This document shows, one piece after another, positions 57,046 to 64,000 of a stretch of 64,000 bases of DNA. The stretch is taken from contig OZ241917.1 in assembly GCA_965203805.1 (NCBI GenBank), positions 5,632,001 to 5,696,000 on the forward strand. The letters are read 5' to 3'. The DNA comes from Candidatus Latescibacterota bacterium. Lineage in GTDB: Bacteria; Latescibacterota; UBA2968; GCA-2709665. The notes beneath the pieces were generated by a model. That model did no database searches, was not told where the DNA came from, and was given only the letters and a program-made list of their open reading frames with translations. Every line of letters starts with the position of its first letter. Position 1 is the stretch's first letter. The position numbers and the translations under genes were made by a program.

Positions 57046-57828
57046 ATGAATATACTGGTGCTGTGCGATCTCGAAGGCGCCGCCGGCGTTGTCGACTTCC
57101 ACACGCAGACCTATGACGACACGCGCTACAACGACCAGGCGAAAAACCTGTCCACCCTCGAAATCAACGCGCTGGTGGACGGCGCAAGAGAGGGCGGCGC
57201 GGACCAGGTCATCGTGCTGGACGGACACGGCAGCGGAGGAATCAACATCGAACTGATCCACTACGAAGCGAAGGTGATGTTCGGCCGTCCGCTGGTCTCC
57301 GCCTGGGACCTGGGCGTCGACTTCGACGCCATGTTTCTCTACGGCCACCATGCCATGGAGAATACCCCCGCGGGCGTGCTGTGCCACAGCTGGAGCTCGC
57401 GGGCGATTTCAAACTGCTGGCTCAATGGAGAACTCATAGGCGAAATCGGGTTCAACATCGCCCACGCGGGGGAGGCCGGCGTGCCCACGGCTTATATCAG
57501 CGGCGACCGGGCAGCCGTCGACGAAGCGCGCGGGTACGTGGAAAATATCGAAGGCGTGGTCGTCAAGGAAGGGCTCAGCAGAACCGCGGCGCTCACGCTG
57601 TCTCCCGCGAAAGCCCGGGACCTCATCCGGGACGGTGCGGAAACGGCCATGCGCCGCATCGGCGAGTTCCGGGCGTACCGCGTTCCGGGACCCTACACAT
57701 TTGAAACGGAATACAGGGCCGAATCGAGCGCCGCGTCCAGGGCCTCCAGACCCGGCGTCGAGCGCGTCGATACCCACACCGTCAGAGTAACCGGCGACAC
57801 GCTTGCAGAGATCGCGAAGAAGAAATAG
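57046..57828 (+). CDS. M55 family D-aminopeptidase (DppA-like)
   Basis: DLEG, DGHG, GHHA, L.HS, GEIG, ISGD, VVKE. Confidence 0.88.
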   Translation: MNILVLCDLEGAAGVVDFHTQTYDDTRYNDQAKNLSTLEINALVDGAREGGADQVIVLDGHGSGGINIELIHYEAKVMFGRPLVSAWDLGVDFDAMFLYGHHAMENTPAGVLCHSWSSRAISNCWLNGELIGEIGFNIAHAGEAGVPTAYISGDRAAVDEARGYVENIEGVVVKEGLSRTAALTLSPAKARDLIRDGAETAMRRIGEFRAYRVPGPYTFETEYRAESSAASRASRPGVERVDTHTVRVTGDTLAEIAKKK

Positions 57829-57851
57829 CCGCGCCATTAAAGGAAATCAGA

Positions 57852-58949
57852 ATGGACACCTCTTCCGTCGGGTACGAAAAGTGGGACCTGGATACGCCGG
57901 CACTGATGCTCGACCTGGACCTTCTTGAGAACAACATCGCCCGGATTGCCGCGCGCTGCAATGAATGCGGCGTTCGCTGGCGTCCGCATACCAAGGGAAA
58001 CAAGACCCCGGCCATCGCGCACAAACTGCTCGACGCCGGTGCGATCGGCATCACCTGCGCCAAGCTCGGTGAAGCCGAAGTCATGGCCGCGGCGGGCATC
58101 AAGGACATCCTCGTTGCCAACCAGGTCGTGGGCGACAGGAAGATGGCCCGCCTGACCCACCTTCAGCGGCATGCCGACGTCATGGTCGCCGTCGATCACC
58201 CGGTCCACGTCGACATGATTTCGGAAGCGGCGCAGGCCGTGGGGGTAAGCGTTCGGGTGCTGGTCGAACTGGACATCGGGATGCGGCGCTGCGGGGTGGG
58301 CGCGGGTAAGCCCGCCTTGAAACTGGCGCAGCGCGCCGACGCCGCCCCCGGGGTGGCGTTCTCCGGCCTGATGGGTTACGAGGGCCAGGCGATGGATCTG
58401 CCGGATCCGGAGAAAGCGTCGGCCTGTGCCGAGGCCGTCGACCTACTCGCGGGCTCACGCGAGCACATCGAGGCGTCGGGCATCGAATGTCCGATCGTCA
58501 GCGCAGGCGGGACCGGAACGCTGGCCTTCACGCCGGCGTGTCCGGGACTCACGGAAATCCAGGCCGGCGGCGGGATTATGATGGACACCTTTTATGCCAC
58601 GTCGCTGGGCGTGAGAGGACTGGAGCACGCCCTCTCCATACTGGCCACGGTGGTTAGCCGACCGGCGCCGGACCGGGCCTACATCGACGCCGGTAGAAAA
58701 ACCACCAGTTCGCAGTTCGGCCTGCCCTGGGTGAAGCGCGAGGACGGTATCGACGTTGTCGGCCTGTCCGCGGAACACGGGCATCTGGAACTGCAGAACC
58801 CGGACCATCCGCTGAAAATCGGCGACAGGATCGAACTCATTTCAGGATACAGCGATATGACGGTCTTCCTCCACAACCAGATCTACGGCATCCGCAACGA
58901 CCGGGTGGAGGCCGTCTGGGACATCCTCGGCCGGGGCAAATTGCAATGA
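57852..58949 (+). CDS. DSD1-family PLP enzyme (D-threonine aldolase/D-serine dehydratase-like)
   Basis: LDTPAL, RPHTK, CAKLGEAE, GYEG, GGTGT, DAGRK, SAEHG. Confidence 0.88.
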   Translation: MDTSSVGYEKWDLDTPALMLDLDLLENNIARIAARCNECGVRWRPHTKGNKTPAIAHKLLDAGAIGITCAKLGEAEVMAAAGIKDILVANQVVGDRKMARLTHLQRHADVMVAVDHPVHVDMISEAAQAVGVSVRVLVELDIGMRRCGVGAGKPALKLAQRADAAPGVAFSGLMGYEGQAMDLPDPEKASACAEAVDLLAGSREHIEASGIECPIVSAGGTGTLAFTPACPGLTEIQAGGGIMMDTFYATSLGVRGLEHALSILATVVSRPAPDRAYIDAGRKTTSSQFGLPWVKREDGIDVVGLSAEHGHLELQNPDHPLKIGDRIELISGYSDMTVFLHNQIYGIRNDRVEAVWDILGRGKLQ

Positions 58950-59158
58950 ACGAAGGGGAGCCGCGCGTCGTGGTGGACCAGGCCGGCAACCGCGTCGGCG
59001 TCCTGCTTGACGTCGACGAATACGAACGCCTCGTCAAAGCGTCGGAAATGCTGGAATCCCTCGGGGCACGGGAAGACCGGAAGGGATCCGGTTCGGACTA
59101 TTCCCCCGAAGAAAAAAAACTGATGGAAGACCGGCTCGAGTCTCTGGGCTATCTCTAG
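58946..59158 (+). CDS. Small hypothetical protein ending in RLESLGYL
   Basis: ATGA overlap with the upstream gene; 70 aa. Confidence 0.7.
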   Translation: MNEGEPRVVVDQAGNRVGVLLDVDEYERLVKASEMLESLGAREDRKGSGSDYSPEEKKLMEDRLESLGYL

Positions 59159-59217
59159 GCGCTTCCTTCATCCGCTGTCCACCGACCGCCCCCGGGCGGC
59201 GCAATCGCACGAGTCCC

Positions 59218-59796
59218 ATGGTCGATCCCGAAACTATCGTCGTGGTCTCCGGCCTGCCGCGGTCGGGCACGTCGATGATGATGCAGATGCTCGAAGCCGG
59301 CGGAATGGACGTGCTGACGGACGGGCGGAGAACCGCCGACGAAGACAATCTCAGAGGTTATTACGAATACGAGAAGGTGAAGGCGCTCAAGACGGACAAT
59401 AGCTGGCTGCCGCGCGCGGGGGGCAAGGCCGTCAAGATAATTTCCGAACTGCTGAGGCATCTTCCCGGGACCTGTTCCTACAGAGTCATCTTCATGCGGC
59501 GGGCCATGGAGGAAATCCTCGCCTCTCAGGACCGGATGCTGATCCGGCGCGGCGTGGCGCAGGGCGAGCAGGCGGGCCACGGGGAGATCGCCCGGGTTTT
59601 CCGGAAGCATCTTCAGCAGACGGAAACCTGGCTTTCCGGACAACCCTTTATTCATACCCTCTATTCGGACCATCGACAGGTTCTGGCGAATCCTTCTCGC
59701 GAGGCTGCCCGGATCAACGCCTTTCTGAACAACCGCCTCGACGAATCGGCCATGGCCGCCGCCGTCGATCCTTTTCTCTATCGGCAGCGTCAATAG
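59218..59796 (+). CDS. Sulfotransferase family protein
   Basis: PAPS-binding SGLPRSGTS; N.RGYYE; IFMRR..EILASQ. Confidence 0.85.
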   Translation: MVDPETIVVVSGLPRSGTSMMMQMLEAGGMDVLTDGRRTADEDNLRGYYEYEKVKALKTDNSWLPRAGGKAVKIISELLRHLPGTCSYRVIFMRRAMEEILASQDRMLIRRGVAQGEQAGHGEIARVFRKHLQQTETWLSGQPFIHTLYSDHRQVLANPSREAARINAFLNNRLDESAMAAAVDPFLYRQRQ

Positions 59797-59914
59797 AGCG
59801 CCTGCAAATCTACATGTGAATTCCGAAAGGCTTCCTTTCAGGGCGCCTTTTTTTATTGCAAGCTATCAGCTATCAGCTTGAGTCAAGAGCGATCATCAAA
59901 AGTCAAATTCAAAA

Positions 59915-60600
59915 TCCCCTTTTCCCCAAATTCCCTGCCTCCGGCGGGTTCCTTTTGAAGCGACCAAAAGGAACCAAAAGTCGCCGCTGGGCGCGGGGCC
60001 TGCCATATGCACAGCGCGAACACCCTCACAGGATGCACGGGATACTCTGGCCTGTCACCCTCAATAGCAATTCAAACCGCGTAGCTTGACGGATCAGCGC
60101 GCTCTGCTCTAATAGTCCTCCAGTCGGGACGTACCGTTGTCGACCGATTGGCACCTGTATGATGAGGACAGCCGTTCGCTATCTTCCGACAGCTTAAGGC
60201 GAGATCGAAAGTCAGCTCACACCAAGACACGGAGGCACAAAGGGAGACAATCGAAAAGCGGGCTACCACAAGGGATGCACGTACGAAAAAATACGAACGC
60301 GGGGGGAGGAGACGCACCAATCAGCAATAGGCAAACGGCGGTACCCCCACGAATCCGTGAGATTGAACTTCCTGGAGGACCTTTTACCCGCCCGGTGGTA
60401 GTGGATGGGGCTTTTCCGCGCGAGTCCGTACAGCAAGAAAGTCCAGGAACGCTTACAAGGGTTTCAGGGCAGCGGCACACGTTATTGCCACTGAAGCGGT
60501 TCGCGGAAAAGCAGCCCCGCGGCGTTTGAGCGGCGCCCTTCTTTTTGGCCCTTTTTCTTGGGCGAAGCAAGAAAAAGGGCAAGGGAATAGGGGAATTTAG
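59915..60600. repeat. Non-coding region bounded by oppositely oriented TTTTGG-hairpin modules
   Basis: GGTTCCTTTTG-AAGCGAC-CAAAAGGAACC-AAAAG near 59947-59980; CTTTTTG-GCCCTTTTTCTTG-GGCGAAG-CAAGAAAAAGGGC near 60541-60580. Confidence 0.55.
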
Positions 60601-60883
60601 AGGGTGGGGGAGAATTAGAGAAGAAAGAAAGGTGATAGGAGACGCATAGCATGGAACGGCTTGGAACGCAGTTTCAAAGGGTGTCTGTCCGTCGACTAGC
60701 GACACGTCAGAACGCTATTGCTGTACCGTTGGCAAACCAGCCTGCTCCATCCTTCCAGGCGTCGATGGTTGCCTGAAAAACCATCCGTCAAATGTCGCTC
60801 AGGTTCACAAGTGTGACGATACACAACAGCCTCTCCAGCCGAAGGGATTTCGTATCTTATTGTTAATAAATAGTTTGTAATTT

Positions 60884-60899
60884 TGGCACGGCGATTGCA
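60884..60899 (+). promoter_or_regulatory. Sigma54 (-24/-12) promoter
   Basis: TGGCACG-GCGA-TTGCA matches the consensus; AT-rich tract immediately upstream. Confidence 0.75.
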
Positions 60900-60988
60900 T
60901 ATACTTTCCGCAGCACGAGCGATCACGCAAAAACGACAACCCCTTCTCCTCAAGTGAAACCGTTTACCTGTTGGATTCCGGAGCATCC

Positions 60989-62353
60989 GTGAAAACCCGG
61001 CCGAAAACCCCATTCGTCCTGCTTCTGTGCGTTCTCCTCACCGGTTGCGCCACCTATACCCACAACGCCGTCACCTTCCGAAGCAGCCTGGCCGACGGGC
61101 ACTACGAAACCGCGCTGCAGACCCTCGGCAAGGCCCGTAAGGGCCCCGCGCGCCTGCTCTACCTCATGGAGAACGGCATCATCGCTCACTACAGAGGCGA
61201 ATACCACGCATCCAACCGTTTTTTCGAAGTCGCCGAGCGGCTCTCGGACCGGCTCTTTACGCGTTCGCTGTCGCGGGAGGCGGCCTCGCTGATCACCAAC
61301 GACCAGGTTCGAGCGTATCGTGGCGAAGAGTTCGAACTCGCGTTCATCAACTATTACCGGGCGCTCAACTACTGGTATCTGGGCGAACCGGAAGAAGCGC
61401 TGGTGGAGTGCCGCAAGGCCAACCTGAAACTGGACCGCTATGCCGCACTGGCCGACTACGACGCCACGTACCGTAACGATGCCTTTATCCACTATATGAC
61501 CGGTCTGATTTACGAAGCCACCGGTGAACTCAACGACGCGTACGTGTCTTACCGGAACGCACTGGATGCGTATGAGACGTATCAGAACGTCTTCGGCCTG
61601 GAAGCGCCCGCGGCCCTCCGGACGGATCTCCGTCGGGTCGAGGAAGACCTCGGTTATGTCCAGCGCCAGGACGACCGCAGCGGATCGGCAGACCCGGACT
61701 CACCACCGGAAGGCGAGCTCGTTCTCTTCTCGGAAATCGGATTCGTGCCGCATAAAGTCCAGGAAGAAATCAGCCTGCCCGTCTATGAAAACGACGTCGA
61801 GTCCGTGTCGAAGAAACGTCTCGATGGGATCTCGAGAAAAATCGCGTACCGTCACTTCAAACCCCACTATGCGGGCAGATCGAAAGTCGAATACTGGTTG
61901 CGCGTCGCCCTGCCGGCGTACGCGGACGTGGCGCCCCGGACGCAATCCATCTTGCTCAGCGCCGCGGGACGTCGGACCGGGACCACCCTTGCGGAAGACC
62001 TTTCCGCCATCGCCTGGCAGACGTTTCAGGACAAACAACCCGCAATGCTTGCGCGGACGGTGGGACGCGGTCTGCTGAAATACATGGCTTCGGCCAAAGC
62101 CGAAAAAGAAAACAAAGTCCTGGGCTTCATTGTCAATCTCTTCGTCGCCGCAACCGAGGCGGCCGATACCCGAAGCTGGGTCTCGCTGCCTCACAACGTG
62201 CAGATCGGCAGGCTCGCGCTGCCCGCCGGTATTCACACCCTCACGCTGGAGTCCCTCGACAGCCGGGGGCGCGTCATCGAAACCCGAACCATTTCAGGTA
62301 TACAGATCCGACCGGGAACCCGCACGTTCGTGAACTACCGGACGTACAAATAA
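60989..62353 (+). CDS. Lipoprotein, COG3014-like (TPR-like)
   Basis: Lipobox LTGC; YRGEEFE...YY.ALNY, ALVECRK, ADTRSW.SLP. Confidence 0.8.
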   Translation: MKTRPKTPFVLLLCVLLTGCATYTHNAVTFRSSLADGHYETALQTLGKARKGPARLLYLMENGIIAHYRGEYHASNRFFEVAERLSDRLFTRSLSREAASLITNDQVRAYRGEEFELAFINYYRALNYWYLGEPEEALVECRKANLKLDRYAALADYDATYRNDAFIHYMTGLIYEATGELNDAYVSYRNALDAYETYQNVFGLEAPAALRTDLRRVEEDLGYVQRQDDRSGSADPDSPPEGELVLFSEIGFVPHKVQEEISLPVYENDVESVSKKRLDGISRKIAYRHFKPHYAGRSKVEYWLRVALPAYADVAPRTQSILLSAAGRRTGTTLAEDLSAIAWQTFQDKQPAMLARTVGRGLLKYMASAKAEKENKVLGFIVNLFVAATEAADTRSWVSLPHNVQIGRLALPAGIHTLTLESLDSRGRVIETRTISGIQIRPGTRTFVNYRTYK

Positions 62354-62379
62354 CCATGGCAGCCGAAAGGAGGAACACC

Positions 62380-63180
62380 ATGAAGCGATTCATCGGGATC
62401 AGTCTGGCCCTGGCGCTCGCGGGGTGGAGCCAGGGGGGATGGACGGCGGAGATCCCCACCCGGGGCGCCGTCATCAATATCGTAACGTGGGACGGCAAGA
62501 ACCTGCCCCCCATCTACGAACGATCCGACCAGCTTCCCCTTACGCTTGAAGACGTTATCAATCTCAGCCGGAATGATTTCGCCGACGAAGCGATCAGCAG
62601 GATGGTTCGCGAACGCCGGTTTGCCGGAAACGCTTCGGCCGGCGCCCTGATCGAGCTCAAAAAGGCAGGCGTATCGCAGAAGGTCATTCAGGCGATTTCG
62701 CTCCACGCCCTGCCTCCGAACCGTGAATTGACCCTCGCGATTCAGCTCGAATTCGTCGGCCTTTCGCGTGAGGCCCGCAAGCGTTATCTGTACGTGATCA
62801 TTCCGGACGGCCGGGTCGAGCGCATCTTCACCGCGGACCTGGGCGCCGTACTGGCGGGGAACTGGCGCCGTGACGAGCGCGTGGACCTTACCGATCCCCT
62901 CCTGCCCAAGCAGGTCCGTCGTATCACGTTCGCGGACCGTGTGCCGCTGAAGACCTACGGGCCCAAGACGATGCAGGTCTTCACGTCGACCAGGCCGGAT
63001 ATCTTCCAGTCTGCCGACATTCCGGAAGCGGACCGCGCCGGCATCCGGGAATTTTCCTTCGAGTATCCAGTGAGCTCGACGCTTCAGGACTGCCGGCTGC
63101 AGGTGCGTTACCGCCAGGACGTCCTGTTGCCCTACAAATGGCACATGGAAGGCGCCCGCTTCCAATGCGAATGGAACTGA
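62380..63180 (+). CDS. Exported hypothetical protein
   Basis: AGGAGGA RBS; signal peptide; LTLEDVINL..LIELKKAGVS. Confidence 0.7.
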   Translation: MKRFIGISLALALAGWSQGGWTAEIPTRGAVINIVTWDGKNLPPIYERSDQLPLTLEDVINLSRNDFADEAISRMVRERRFAGNASAGALIELKKAGVSQKVIQAISLHALPPNRELTLAIQLEFVGLSREARKRYLYVIIPDGRVERIFTADLGAVLAGNWRRDERVDLTDPLLPKQVRRITFADRVPLKTYGPKTMQVFTSTRPDIFQSADIPEADRAGIREFSFEYPVSSTLQDCRLQVRYRQDVLLPYKWHMEGARFQCEWN

Positions 63181-63264
63181 TTTCCCAATCCCCCATCGCG
63201 AACAACGCGCGAGATCGCGCAACCACCGCACCGAACCACACATGACACCAGGAGGAGAACCGCC

Positions 63265-63861
63265 ATGAAACCCGGAACCTGCATCGCCCTCGTCGTCGTC
63301 TTCGCGTTCGCCGTCAGCTGCGCGGGACCCAGGGTCTTCACCAAGGGTACGTACGAGGATCCGAACACCATCGCGTTACTGGATGACCGGTTCAGCGAAA
63401 ACGACATGCAGCTTATCGCCAAGAAGATGATCCAGTCCATGGCCGGCAGCGACATTGTCGGGAGCAACGGCGCGCCGGTTGTCATGGTGGGAAAAATGCG
63501 CAACCGCACGTCCGAACATATCGACATGACAATGCTGTCCGACAAGGTCCGGACACAGCTCATCCAGAGCGGCAGATTTCGCTTTGCCGACGTCCTGAAT
63601 CGCCGGGACATCGCCGAGGAGTACGAGTACCAGCAGTCCGGATACGTTGACCCGAATCAGGCGAAAGGCCCTGGCAGCCAGACGGGCGCGGAGTATCTGC
63701 TGACCGGCACGCTCACCGCCAATGTCCAACAGGCCGGCAGGAACAAGCTGATCTACTATAAAGCCACCTTCCAGTTGACCAATCTGCTCACGTCGGAGAT
63801 CGCCTGGACCGACGAGAAGGAGATTCGAAAGGCGTACAAGAAGCGGCACATCGGATTCTGA
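63265..63861 (+). CDS. lpoB: Penicillin-binding protein activator LpoB-like lipoprotein
   Basis: Lipobox AVSC; RNRTSEHID, LIQSGRFRF, GAEY.LTG, EIAW..EKEIRK. Confidence 0.8.
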   Translation: MKPGTCIALVVVFAFAVSCAGPRVFTKGTYEDPNTIALLDDRFSENDMQLIAKKMIQSMAGSDIVGSNGAPVVMVGKMRNRTSEHIDMTMLSDKVRTQLIQSGRFRFADVLNRRDIAEEYEYQQSGYVDPNQAKGPGSQTGAEYLLTGTLTANVQQAGRNKLIYYKATFQLTNLLTSEIAWTDEKEIRKAYKKRHIGF

Positions 63862-63911
63862 ACGACAGACCGACGGCTTTTCACCCCGATTAACCTGAAA
63901 GGATACGCGTC

Positions 63912-64000
63912 ATGAAAACTGCAAGCTTTACCATCATCGTCATCATATGCGCCGCATACTTCTGTGCGCCGCTGGACGCGGGGGAGCCCGGCCGGACCGA
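63912..64000 (+). CDS. 5' end of an exported protein (runs off the window)
   Basis: GAAAGGA RBS; MKTASFTIIVIICAAYFCAPLDA signal peptide. Confidence 0.55.
   Translation, partial: MKTASFTIIVIICAAYFCAPLDAGEPGRT

Noticed and set aside
59856-60705. Short ORFs in the 59.8-60.9 kb spacer
   Set aside because: They overlap hairpin repeats and lack an RBS or protein-like composition.

Overview
GC-rich bacterial chromosome segment. A dockerin/EF-hand-like secreted protein and the gene mix are suggestive of Latescibacterota-like FCB bacteria, but this is inference only. Core content: HpcH aldolase, EndoIII-like protein, dusB, larB, a GT2/radical SAM/GT2 operon, tRNA-Glu(TTC), tRNA-Val(CAC), zinc-ribbon/rnhA/rnpB/pyrF, ABC-F, dehydrogenases, mdh, D-amino-acid-related enzymes and a sigma54-type lpoB operon. 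Accessory content: vapBC, an IS5 that splits a UPF0175 gene, a 160-bp MITE, and a lower-GC block (about 27.3-40.3 kb) ending at tRNA-Glu. That block holds an m4C-type methyltransferase, a MORC-ATPase/histidine-kinase fusion, a receiver protein, a GmrSD-like nuclease and two ABC exporters. The most striking unexplained signal is a family of 19-36 nt hairpin insertions, CCTGCCTG-(variable inner hairpin)-CG-CAG(G/A)CAGG, seen in 8 copies. Three sit inside the IS5 transposase, and removing them restores a single 313-aa ORF. They show no target duplication, and all orientable copies share one orientation. Also found: an unannotated 42-aa gene with its own promoter, RBS and terminator, and intergenic mosaics of shared repeat modules. 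All product calls rest on motifs read by eye; no database searches were run.
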